From contig CAZTPD010000001.1 of the NCBI GenBank assembly GCA_964614625.1, positions 3,497 to 67,496 on the forward strand: a stretch of 64,000 nt of DNA. The letters are read 5' to 3'. The notes beneath the pieces were generated by a model that saw only the letters and a program-made list of their open reading frames with translations, did no database searches and was not told the origin of the DNA. The DNA comes from an uncultured Sphingosinicella sp. (GTDB taxonomy: Bacteria; Pseudomonadota; Alphaproteobacteria; Sphingomonadales; Sphingomonadaceae). Below are positions 38,606 to 47,515 of this stretch, one piece after another. The position numbers and the translations under genes were made by a program. Position 1 is the stretch's first letter, and the number at the start of each line of letters is the position of its first letter.

Positions 38606-39060
38606 AACGCCCAATGACCCGGCGCGAACGGGCCGCCGCGACCGCCGAGCTTGAAATGGGACTCGCCGATTTCTGGCACGACGTCGATACCAACTGGGGC
38701 CGCAACGCGGGCGATTATTATGCGCCCGAGGCGGTCTACAGCTCGGGCAAGCTGCATCTGGAGGGGCGTGAGGCGATCCAGGGTTTCTACAGCTGGCGCG
38801 AGGCGCGGGGCGAGCGCGTCGCGGTTCACGCATTCAGCAATTTCCGCGCGGAATTCGACGGGGAGGGCGGCGCGACCGCGCATTGGTATATGCTGCTCTG
38901 GGCGGCGGACGGCGCGGCGCCGCAGGAAAGCACCTCGCCCGCGCGGATCAGCCGCGCGACCGAAACCTTCCGCTGGGACGCGGACGAGGAACGCTGGCTC
39001 TGCACGCGCCGCGAACTGGTCAACCTCTTTCGCGGCGGCGCGCAGCTCAATTTCACCTGA
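38602..39060 (+). CDS. SnoaL-like / NTF2 family protein
   Basis: 152 aa; YYAPEAVY..G....GREAIQGFY, HAFSNFR; ATGA overlap. Confidence 0.75.
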   Translation: MKRPMTRRERAAATAELEMGLADFWHDVDTNWGRNAGDYYAPEAVYSSGKLHLEGREAIQGFYSWREARGERVAVHAFSNFRAEFDGEGGATAHWYMLLWAADGAAPQESTSPARISRATETFRWDADEERWLCTRRELVNLFRGGAQLNFT

Positions 39061-39067
39061 GCAATGA

Positions 39068-39104
39068 AAAAGGGCGCCCCGCCGGGACGCCCTTTCTCTT
39101 TTTT
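39068..39104. terminator. Rho-independent (probably bidirectional) terminator
   Basis: aaagggcg...cgcccttt stem with flanking A- and T-tracts between convergent genes. Confidence 0.8.
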
Positions 39105-39122
39105 CCGGAACCTGCGCGGCGG

Positions 39123-42023
39123 TCAGAACCGCGCCCGCACCCCGAGCACGAAGTTGCGTCCGACCTTGTCATAATATTGCCCGTTGGTCGGGAAATTGAG
39201 GATGGTGTACGGCGTCGGCGGCGGGTCCCTGTCGAGCAGGTTGTTGATCCCCCAGAACAGATCGTAGCGGTTGTTCGCGCCCAGGGAGAACCTTCCGAAC
39301 AGGTTGAAGTAAACGATCGCCGGCACGCTGTTGTCGTTGATCGTGTTGGTCGGCAGCGTGTTGTAGGTCACGTCCTGCCGGCCGGCGCTGATGAAGATCG
39401 TCTGGAGGGTCAGCTCCCACGCCCGGGTTCCGATCGTTTGCGACAGGTTGCCGCGGAAGGTGGGGATCGAGCCCAGGTTCGACCAGCCATTCTCCCCCGC
39501 GCGATCGACCCGCGCCGCGCCGGTGCCGGAGTCGACATAGGCGTGGAGAATGTAGGTGCCGCTCGCCGACAGGCTGTAGCGTCCGCCTTCTCCCAGGAAA
39601 TCGGCCGCGCTGCTGTAGCTCAGCGTCATGTCGATGCCCTCCTGCTGGAACGCGCCGACGTTCAGCGATCCGGTGATGAGGGCGGTGTGGATGCGATCGT
39701 TGGGATCGGGCGTATTGGTGTCCGGCCCATAGGTGAACAGGTTGCAGAAAAAGGCATCGCCGTTGCTGCACAGATTGGCGATGTTCACCGTCGACAGGTT
39801 GGTGATCGCGTCGTTGATCCTGATATTGTAATAGTCGATGGAGAGTCCCAATCCGCGCAGCGCGCCGGTGCCGCGATAGGTCGCGCCCACCGTCAGCGTA
39901 TCGGCGAACTCGGGACCGACATCGGGATTGCCCCGGCTGGTGTTCTGCGGGATCGAGGCGTTCTTGGTCACTCCGTCGACCACCAGCGTCACGGTGTTGG
40001 TGACGTTGCTGCCGGGGCTGAACAACTCGTTGATCGCCGGCGCGCGGATGTCGCGTGAACGAGCGACACGGATGTTGAGCCCGTCGACCGGTTCCCAGAC
40101 GCCGCCGATCTTCCAGGCGGTCTGCCCCCCCACGGTATCGTAGTCGGCATAGCGGAACGCGCCGTTGATGCTGAGATTGTGCAGGAACGGCACGTCCCTG
40201 GCCAGCGGCACGGTGGCCTCGACATAGGCCTCCCTGACGTTGAACGAGCCGCTGTAGGGCACCGCGTTGCCCGCGGTGAGGAAGCCATTGCTCGAGCCGA
40301 TCGCATCGGCCGTCAGCCTTTGCGTCTCGCGTCGGTATTCGCCGCCAAACGCCACCGCCGCCGGGCCGGCCCAGGTCGAGAAGGGCTCGCCCACGATGTT
40401 CGCGCCGAACGTAAGCTGGTCGTATTTGACCCTCGCCAGGCCTTCGCCCCAGATATAGTCGCGGGCGGCCTCGCTGAAATTGCCCTCCCCGAACAGGTTG
40501 AGCGGCTGGCAGCCGGCGGCCGCGGGATTGCCCTGCAGGACCGCGCGGCAGACGATGTTGCCCGTCGCCGGATCGCGCACCGCGTCGAGCGCGAAGTTCA
40601 GGTTGGCGCGGACCGGGTTGCTGAACGTCGCCGACGAATAATTGTTGACGCCATAGGAGGCGTGCGCGTCCCATCTCCAGGAGCCGCCCAGCCGGCCTTC
40701 GAAGCCGACGACGCCGTGCGGCGTTTCGTTGACGATCTCGTAGAAATTCTTGCCGATATCATAGGCGATGCGGCTGATGTTGAACGACTGCACGTCCGGC
40801 GGCAGCAGCGCGAGCACGGATGCCGGGATGAAGGCGTTGTCGCGCTGGATCGTCTGGTTGGGCAGGCGGATGGATATGCCGTCGAGAAACCCGCGCGAGC
40901 GCGAGAAGCCGCCCTCGATATAGCCGGTCAGCGAGTCGGAAAATTCGTAATAGAAGCTGCCATAGGCGGTGAAGCGCTCGACGTCGGGCATCTGGGCGAC
41001 GCCCTTGATGATCGATTCGCCTTCGCCGCCGATCATGACCTGCCCGCCGGAGATGGAGCCCCGCTCGAACGGGCGGATCGACCCGTCCGGGTTGAAGGTC
41101 ACGTTGTTGAGGCCGGGGATGTTGCTGGTGATGACGCCGCCCGACCCCAGATTGGCATGCACGTTCGGCGACAGAATGAACGCGGGCTGGCCGAAGCCGG
41201 GCGTGCCTGGAACGGTGCGCTGCGCGTTGCTGACGATCATCCATTCCTCGCGGCCCCAGCCGCGGGTGTAGATGTCGCCCAGGCCGTTATTGTTCGAATA
41301 ATCGGCGCTGACGACGAGCTGGCCGCGATCGTCGTTGACGCTGGTTCCGGCGATGAAGCCCAGCCTTCGCGTGAAATGGTCCCCGCGCTGCGAGAGCCCG
41401 ACCTGGCCGGTCACCTCGATGCCGTCATACCGCCGCCTCATGATGACGTTGACGACACCGGACACGGCGTCCGAGCCGTAGAGCGCCGAGGCGCCGCCGG
41501 TCACGACATCGACCCGTTCGATCATGTTCGTGGGGAACAGGTTGAGATCGGTGGTCGTCGGCACGCCCAGGTTGCTCGCCGGGGCGAAGGGCACGACGCG
41601 CGACTGGTTGACCAGCACCAGCGTGCGCTGACCGCCGAGCGCGCGCAGATCGGCGGTCGCCTGCGCGGGGCTGGAGGTGTTGGTGGCGTTCGCGCCCGGC
41701 GAGCGCGTCGCCTTGAACGCGGGGTTCTGGTTGAGCACCTCCATGACGGTGGTCACGCCCTGCCGCTCGAGAACCTCGGCTCCGATGATCTGGGTCGGGG
41801 TCGGCGCCTGAAGGCCGCTTTGCGCCGTGCGGGAGGCGGTGACGACGATGTCGTCCGCCTGGCGGTCTTCCGCCACCGCCGCGCTGTCCAGCGCCGGCTC
41901 CTGTGCCGGCGCCGCCTCCTGCGCGAACGCGGCGCCGCCCGCCACACTCGAGATCGTCAGCGCGGTCGTGGCCATCATGCGGCACACCTGCCGAATTGAT
42001 CGGCGATCCTTCAAGCCCGTCAT
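39123..42023 (-). CDS. TonB-dependent receptor
   Basis: DIVVTASR, RTLVLVN, ERVDVVTGGASALYGSDAVSGVVN, C-terminal GRNFVLGVRARF. Confidence 0.95.
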   Translation of the reverse strand: MTGLKDRRSIRQVCRMMATTALTISSVAGGAAFAQEAAPAQEPALDSAAVAEDRQADDIVVTASRTAQSGLQAPTPTQIIGAEVLERQGVTTVMEVLNQNPAFKATRSPGANATNTSSPAQATADLRALGGQRTLVLVNQSRVVPFAPASNLGVPTTTDLNLFPTNMIERVDVVTGGASALYGSDAVSGVVNVIMRRRYDGIEVTGQVGLSQRGDHFTRRLGFIAGTSVNDDRGQLVVSADYSNNNGLGDIYTRGWGREEWMIVSNAQRTVPGTPGFGQPAFILSPNVHANLGSGGVITSNIPGLNNVTFNPDGSIRPFERGSISGGQVMIGGEGESIIKGVAQMPDVERFTAYGSFYYEFSDSLTGYIEGGFSRSRGFLDGISIRLPNQTIQRDNAFIPASVLALLPPDVQSFNISRIAYDIGKNFYEIVNETPHGVVGFEGRLGGSWRWDAHASYGVNNYSSATFSNPVRANLNFALDAVRDPATGNIVCRAVLQGNPAAAGCQPLNLFGEGNFSEAARDYIWGEGLARVKYDQLTFGANIVGEPFSTWAGPAAVAFGGEYRRETQRLTADAIGSSNGFLTAGNAVPYSGSFNVREAYVEATVPLARDVPFLHNLSINGAFRYADYDTVGGQTAWKIGGVWEPVDGLNIRVARSRDIRAPAINELFSPGSNVTNTVTLVVDGVTKNASIPQNTSRGNPDVGPEFADTLTVGATYRGTGALRGLGLSIDYYNIRINDAITNLSTVNIANLCSNGDAFFCNLFTYGPDTNTPDPNDRIHTALITGSLNVGAFQQEGIDMTLSYSSAADFLGEGGRYSLSASGTYILHAYVDSGTGAARVDRAGENGWSNLGSIPTFRGNLSQTIGTRAWELTLQTIFISAGRQDVTYNTLPTNTINDNSVPAIVYFNLFGRFSLGANNRYDLFWGINNLLDRDPPPTPYTILNFPTNGQYYDKVGRNFVLGVRARF

Positions 42024-42181
42024 GCCTTCCCCCTCTCCCAAGAATGTGGCGCCAGCTTGCCGCTGGGCTCCCACGGATGTCGCCGGCCTGCCCGGCCCGC
42101 GCCGTTCGCGTCCTCATCGCCGATGATCGCGTATCAATCGGCAGATATTCCGGATTAACAAACACGACTCGTCTATAACAA

Positions 42182-42196
42182 ATAAGCTAGGCTGAC
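42182..42196. promoter_or_regulatory. Operator-like motif ATAAG-CTAGG-CTGAC upstream of the TBDR
   Basis: Copy of the recurring 15-bp motif. Confidence 0.55.
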
Positions 42197-42275
42197 AACC
42201 GGCAATCGTGTAATTTTGAATCGTATTTGCTTTGGACCAACGCCCGGTGTGCCGGGCCGCGCCTCGACGGCGCGT

Positions 42276-43265
42276 TCAGCGCCGCCTCGCCTCCTCGTAG
42301 ACGCTGCTGTCGATCAGGGCGGAAAGCGCCGCGCGCGAACGTGGCGCGCGGCGGTCCTGCGCGGCCAGCCACTGCTCCTCGGCGACGAGCACGTCGAGCA
42401 AGTCGTCCGGCAGCGATGCGGGAAAGGTCAGTGTCGGCCATGCGCGCGCCACCTCGTGCGCGGGCAGCCCGGCCGTGGACGCGACGAGCGCCTGCGCCGG
42501 CTCCGGGTTGTCGCGGATGGCATCGCTCGCATCGATCACGGCCCGGACGAACTCCACGATCCGGCGCCGCTTGACCGGATCGGCAAGGTTGGCAGCGGTC
42601 GTGTTGAGATTGAACAATTCGCGATAGATGCCGTCGCCTGAGAACTCGATAGCATCGTCTCCCAATGCCTGCGCCGCATTGCCGGCATGGGGTTCCCAGA
42701 TCGCCACCGCGTCGACCTCCCCCCGCGCGAGCGCATCCGCCATTCCCTCGATCGGGCTGATCCGCACGGGTTCGATATCGGCGAAGTCGAACTGCGCATC
42801 CGCCAGCATCCGCGCCAGGAAGTAACCGGCGGAGGTGGTGGCGAGCGTGGCGATCCGTTTGCCCCTGAGATCGGCGACGCTGCCGATTCCGGCCGACCGG
42901 CGCGCGACGATCCGATAGCGCCCCTCGGTCACGGTCAGGATGATACGGATGTCCGGGTGATCGACGGAATAGCGAAGCGCCTGGGTCTCGGCGTGGGTCG
43001 CGACATCGGCCAGGCCATGATCGCCCAGGCCTTCGACCGGCGCCGCTCCGACCAGATTGCCGATCCCGCCATTGCGGACCACGGCGCCCGAAGGATAATA
43101 TTCCTGCGCGGCGAGCAGGACCGGCCCGATCTCCAGCGTCGCGGTGCTGCCGCGAACGGCAAGGGGCAAAGCGGTATCGACCGCCGGGCCGTCGCCGTTC
43201 GCGCAGCCCGCCAACCCGGCCGCAAGCGCGATGGCCATCGCCGCAAAACATCCCCGCCAGCCCAT
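42276..43265 (-). CDS. Periplasmic substrate-binding lipoprotein (SsuA/NMT1-like), no cognate ABC genes nearby
   Basis: LAGC lipobox; DLRGKRIA, GEVDAVAIWEP. Confidence 0.85.
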   Translation of the reverse strand: MGWRGCFAAMAIALAAGLAGCANGDGPAVDTALPLAVRGSTATLEIGPVLLAAQEYYPSGAVVRNGGIGNLVGAAPVEGLGDHGLADVATHAETQALRYSVDHPDIRIILTVTEGRYRIVARRSAGIGSVADLRGKRIATLATTSAGYFLARMLADAQFDFADIEPVRISPIEGMADALARGEVDAVAIWEPHAGNAAQALGDDAIEFSGDGIYRELFNLNTTAANLADPVKRRRIVEFVRAVIDASDAIRDNPEPAQALVASTAGLPAHEVARAWPTLTFPASLPDDLLDVLVAEEQWLAAQDRRAPRSRAALSALIDSSVYEEARRR

Positions 43266-43326
43266 CTCGCCTCTCCTTTATCAGCCATGATGATATCATA
43301 CCGTCCGCCGTCGCGGCCAGAATAAT

Positions 43327-43341
43327 ATAAGCATGGGTGAC
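43327..43341. promoter_or_regulatory. Operator-like motif ATAAG-CATGG-GTGAC upstream of the SBP gene
   Basis: Copy of the recurring 15-bp motif. Confidence 0.55.
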
Positions 43342-43408
43342 AAGTTCATGCGAATGGGCTGCCGCGGCCGGGCGCCGTCGGCTCATCGAATGTCTGGAGC
43401 TGCTTTGG

Positions 43409-44392
43409 TCAGACGAGCAGGTCGGCGGCGGCGATGCGGGCGCGGGGATAGTCGCTGCCCTCGGGCGCGCGGCCGACGCGCAGGACGTTGATGAGTGTGC
43501 GGCCGGGCGGGAGGGGCGCCATGCCGAGCAGCTCGGCGCGCGCCGCCGGATCGTCGTTGAGCACGGCCATGACCGCCGCGTGGAGCCCCGCCTGCGCCAC
43601 GCGCAGCCAGGCGCGGTAGAAGGCGCGGCCGCTCTCGAACGGCGCCTCCTCCGTCGGGCGGTGGATCAGGACGAGGCCCGCCGCGCCGCGCACCGTCGCC
43701 GCCTCCGCCGACAGCCGCGCCGCCAGCCCGATCCGGTCGAGCGGGCGGAACAGCGGGCCGAGCACCAGCCCCGCGCCCAACGCCTCGACCGGCGACATCG
43801 CCATCGCTTCGGCATTGAGCCCGTCCACCGCCCAGCGCGGATCGCGTCGGCTGAGGCGCATCCAGCCGAGCAGCTCGCGGCGGAAGGAATCGTCGCGGAA
43901 GAAGCCGTGACCCGCTTTGTCGGCCAGCGCGGCGATGGTCGCGATCCTGTCCGGATCGTCGAGCACCGTCACATCGTCGCCGGCGAGGCGGGCCAGTGCC
44001 GCCCGGTCCGCGTCCGATGCGGCGGCGAAACGGCCGCGATGCGAGCGGCGGCGTGGGACGAAGGGGCGCAGCGGATCGGGTTCCCCGCCCGGCGCGATCG
44101 CGAAGCGCCGGACGGGGCGCAGGTCGTCGTCCGGCACGGGGAGGTCGGCCGCGCCGAGATCGACCAGCCTGCGCTCCATGCCGGACAGGGCGATCGCCAT
44201 CCCCTCCGCCGCCGCGCCCAGGCTGAGCGCGGCATCCCGCTCGGTGGGGTCGCCGGCGGGCAGGGAGCGGGTGCGGTCCTCGATCAGCAGCAGCCCGTCG
44301 CCGTCGAAGCGCCAGCGCGCGGGCTGGACATTGTGGGTGCTGGGCGCGAGCGCTGCCTCGGCCGCCAGCTCGAGTTGTTGCTCGGGGGTCAT
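43409..44392 (-). CDS. Nitroreductase-fold (Acg-like) FMN-binding oxidoreductase
   Basis: ALAPSTHNVQPARW, RRRSHRGRF, GRAFYRAWL. Confidence 0.8.
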   Translation of the reverse strand: MTPEQQLELAAEAALAPSTHNVQPARWRFDGDGLLLIEDRTRSLPAGDPTERDAALSLGAAAEGMAIALSGMERRLVDLGAADLPVPDDDLRPVRRFAIAPGGEPDPLRPFVPRRRSHRGRFAAASDADRAALARLAGDDVTVLDDPDRIATIAALADKAGHGFFRDDSFRRELLGWMRLSRRDPRWAVDGLNAEAMAMSPVEALGAGLVLGPLFRPLDRIGLAARLSAEAATVRGAAGLVLIHRPTEEAPFESGRAFYRAWLRVAQAGLHAAVMAVLNDDPAARAELLGMAPLPPGRTLINVLRVGRAPEGSDYPRARIAAADLLV

Positions 44393-45480
44393 GCCGCCAA
44401 TGCCTTGCGGAACAGGTGCAGCTTGTGCAGCGGGCGGGCGCCGATTTTCTCCATCTGGCGCAGGCTCGCCTTATTCTGGTCCGCGATCCAGGTGATGCCG
44501 AGCGAGCGGTAGCCGGCGTCTCGCATCACCCCGATCTGGCGGCGCAGCATCGCCCCCATCAGGCCCCGGCCATGCTGGTCGCGCATCACCGAATAGAAGA
44601 TGATAACCGCGCGGCGGCGGTTCAGCCGATAGCGCAGGAAATGGAACGGCGTCGTCAGGCCGATGCGCGAGCGCGTGGCGGCGAGGAAGCCGTTGAGATC
44701 GGGGATGCACACGATCACGCCCGCCGGGCGCCCGTCCTTCGTCAGCACGCTCGACAGGCGGGGATCGAGGATCGACATCATCTCGCCCGCCTGGAAGCGG
44801 AACTCCTCCGCCGTCAGCGGCACGAACATCGGATTGTCGGCGAAGCCGTCGTTGAGGACGGCGCGCGCCTCCTCCATGCGCGGCACGAAGGCGGCCTTGG
44901 TGATCGGCGCGAAGCCGTAGCCTTCGGGCAGCTCCGGCAGCCCTTCGATCCGCGCCTCGGCCAGATCCAGCTCGAACGTCGTCATCGGGAAGAAGCGTTC
45001 ATAGCCGTTCGCCTCCAGCAGGCGCGGGATGTGCGGCGGATTGACGATCATGTCGGTATAGGCCTGGCGGCCGAAGCCGTCGGTCATCACGCCCGCCTGC
45101 TGCATCGCCGTCAGGTTGAAATTGCCGGCGATCTCGTCGCAGTCATGGGCGCGGGCGAAATCCTCCGCCGCGCCGAGCAGGGCGCGCGCCGCGTCGCTAT
45201 CGTCGGCGCAATCGAAGAAGCCGAACTGCATGCGCCGCCAGCCGTGCCGTTCATTGGACTGGCCGTGCCGCACCGCGACGATCCGGCCGATCGCCCGCCC
45301 GCCGCGATGGGCCGTCCAGAAGCGGTGCGGATTGCCGCGGGACAGCAGCGGATTGCGCGTTTCGTCCAGCATCCGCCGCACATCGCCGCGCAATGGCGAG
45401 ACATAGCCGACCTCCGGCCCATAGGCGTTGAACGGCACGTCGAAGAAGGCGGCGGCGTCGCCCGAACGAAGCTCGATCAT
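44389..45480 (-). CDS. Tandem-GNAT acyltransferase, YghO/bacterial ceramide synthase-like
   Basis: GRIVA, FGFFDCADD, NPPHIPRLLEANG, FADNPMFVPLT, CIPDLN, motif A VMRDQHGRGL, TWIADQN; start placed at ATG 45480. Confidence 0.75.
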   Translation of the reverse strand: MIELRSGDAAAFFDVPFNAYGPEVGYVSPLRGDVRRMLDETRNPLLSRGNPHRFWTAHRGGRAIGRIVAVRHGQSNERHGWRRMQFGFFDCADDSDAARALLGAAEDFARAHDCDEIAGNFNLTAMQQAGVMTDGFGRQAYTDMIVNPPHIPRLLEANGYERFFPMTTFELDLAEARIEGLPELPEGYGFAPITKAAFVPRMEEARAVLNDGFADNPMFVPLTAEEFRFQAGEMMSILDPRLSSVLTKDGRPAGVIVCIPDLNGFLAATRSRIGLTTPFHFLRYRLNRRRAVIIFYSVMRDQHGRGLMGAMLRRQIGVMRDAGYRSLGITWIADQNKASLRQMEKIGARPLHKLHLFRKALAA

Positions 45481-46640
45481 CCCCGCCCTCCGTCCAGCAG
45501 CCGCGCCAGCACGTCCAGCTCCGCCGTCAGCGTGTCCGCGCCCAGCGATCCGGCGGAGACCGCGAGAAAGCGAGGCGGGCGGGCCGACAGCCGCACCAGA
45601 TGGGTCGCGGCACAGGCGTCGAGCAGGTCGCGCGCGGCATCGCCGGTCTCGCCCGCTTCGCCGGCCGTGACGACGCGGCGGCGGGCGAGCGCCGCGATCA
45701 GCGGCTCCGGATAGGGCGCCAGCGCCGCGCCCTCGACGATCCGCCCGGCCGCCAGCAGCGGGTGGGCGGCGAGCAGGGTCTCGCGGTCGGCATCGTCGGG
45801 CAGTCCGGCCAAGGCGGCGATCAGCGAAGGCTGGGCGCGGGCGACGAGGCGCGCTTCCGAGCGGCGCTGGAGGATCAGGGCGAGCGCGCCCGCCGCCGCG
45901 CCCGCGGCGCCGGCCTGCACGAGCGCATGTGCCGGCGCGCCCGGCCAGATCAGCCACGCCGCCGCGCCGACGAGCAGCCCCACGGCCAGCACGGCGAGCG
46001 CGTCCACCAGCAGCAAGGCGAGCGAGGCCGTGCCCCCCGCGAGCCGGGACGTCGCCAGCACGAGCAGCAATATGGCGAAGGCGCCGCCCCGGACGGGGAG
46101 ATCGGCAAGCATCTGGAAATCGGTGACGAAGAGCGGGATGGAGAGGAGCAAGGCGGCGCCGAGGATGCGCGCCGCCCGCGCCTCGGCTGGCGCGAGATCG
46201 CCGGCCGGATCGCGCCACAGCAGGCGGACGATGAGCAGCACCATCAGCGCCTGGAACAAAGCCAGCGCCGCCAGCACCGCGAGGCCCCAGAAGGCGCCCG
46301 CCAGCAGGGCGGTCAGGCTGAACCCCGCCGCGCCGGCCAGCGCCAGCCATTTGACCCATGCGGGCGCATGACGCCGCACCACCTGCTCCGCAACGCGCAG
46401 CGCAAGCAGTGGCAGCCAGCTCGCCACGATCATCAGCGGCACGGCGGCCAGCCCCGCCGCCTCGCCCCCGCTCCAGGCGGCGAGCCGGGCGGCGAGCAGC
46501 AGGGCCAGGCCCCAATAGAGCGCGGTCAGCCGCGCGGCGACCGGACTGCCGCGCCGCGCCGGCCGGATCGAGAGGATCGCGATCAGGGTCGCGGCGAGCG
46601 CGGTCGCGGTGATCAGCAGGTCGATCGCCGCGCCGGTCAT
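45477..46640 (-). CDS. Integral membrane protein of unknown function with soluble C-terminal domain
   Basis: Multiple hydrophobic segments in the first about 260 aa; ATGA-coupled on both sides. Confidence 0.75.
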   Translation of the reverse strand: MTGAAIDLLITATALAATLIAILSIRPARRGSPVAARLTALYWGLALLLAARLAAWSGGEAAGLAAVPLMIVASWLPLLALRVAEQVVRRHAPAWVKWLALAGAAGFSLTALLAGAFWGLAVLAALALFQALMVLLIVRLLWRDPAGDLAPAEARAARILGAALLLSIPLFVTDFQMLADLPVRGGAFAILLLVLATSRLAGGTASLALLLVDALAVLAVGLLVGAAAWLIWPGAPAHALVQAGAAGAAAGALALILQRRSEARLVARAQPSLIAALAGLPDDADRETLLAAHPLLAAGRIVEGAALAPYPEPLIAALARRRVVTAGEAGETGDAARDLLDACAATHLVRLSARPPRFLAVSAGSLGADTLTAELDVLARLLDGGRG

Positions 46641-47515
46641 GCCGATCGCATCATCCGCTGCATGAAGCGGCGCACCAGCAGGCCGCGCAAGGCCGCCACC
46701 GGCGCGCTGCGCGGCTGCTCCACCCGCGCCTTGTGCGGATTGAAGAAATAGCCCCGGCAGTCGGTCCCGCCGGGACGGTCCAGCAGCACCCGGATCGCCT
46801 CCTCCGCCATCAGCATGCCGGCCATCGTCACCATCGTGGAGAAGGAGAAGCGGGAGCGCCTGCCCGCCGCCACCTCCGCCGCGACCTCCAGATCGACATG
46901 AGCGTGGGACGAGGAATGGACGAGCACATATTCGATCTCGCGCACCAGGCATTCGGCGCGCATCGCCGCGTCGATCGCCCGCCAGTCCACGCCGCGCGTG
47001 GGATAGCCGAGCCGCTCCTCCGGCCGGGGATCGGCGGGGCGCACCACCGTCACCGAGGGCAGGGGCGAGGCATAGGCGTCGATCACCGTCTTCCCCAGCG
47101 CCCGCGCGCGGCGATAGAGATGCGCGCCGGCCGCCGCGTCGTCCATGCCGTTGACGATCACGTCCGCATCGGCCGCGATCCGGTCGAGCTCCTCCGTCCA
47201 CTCCGCGCCGAGCAATTCGATCCGCGCCTCCGGATTGATCCGCAGCGCCGCGTCGCGCGCGGCCTCGGCCTTGAGCCGGTCCACCGTGTCGAGCGTGGCG
47301 AAGAGCTGGCGATTGAGGTTGGACACTTCGAATACGTCGATATCGGCGAGGACGAACCGCCCCACGCCCGCGCGCAGCAGGGCCATGAAGGCCGCGCCGC
47401 CCATGCCGCCGGTGCCGGGAATGAAGACGCAGGCCGCGCGCAGCCGCGCCTGCTCCTCATCCGAGACGAAGCCGCGATTGCGCGTCGTCATCTCCGCATA
47501 GCTGAAGCCGCTCAT
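46637..47515 (-). CDS. ThiF/E1-like adenylyltransferase
   Basis: FSYAEMTTRNRGFV..EQARL, GTGGMGG, ADIDVFEVSNLNRQ, NGMDD; no CxxC zinc motifs. Confidence 0.88.
   Translation of the reverse strand: MSGFSYAEMTTRNRGFVSDEEQARLRAACVFIPGTGGMGGAAFMALLRAGVGRFVLADIDVFEVSNLNRQLFATLDTVDRLKAEAARDAALRINPEARIELLGAEWTEELDRIAADADVIVNGMDDAAAGAHLYRRARALGKTVIDAYASPLPSVTVVRPADPRPEERLGYPTRGVDWRAIDAAMRAECLVREIEYVLVHSSSHAHVDLEVAAEVAAGRRSRFSFSTMVTMAGMLMAEEAIRVLLDRPGGTDCRGYFFNPHKARVEQPRSAPVAALRGLLVRRFMQRMMRSA

Noticed and set aside
44389-47201. Extended starts 46515 and 47201 for the GNAT and membrane genes
   Set aside because: Extensions overlap upstream genes out of frame; ATGA-coupled starts at 45480 and 46640 fit better
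46637-47515. Housekeeping thiF/moeB
   Set aside because: Lacks the CxxC zinc motifs and any thiamine or molybdopterin gene context
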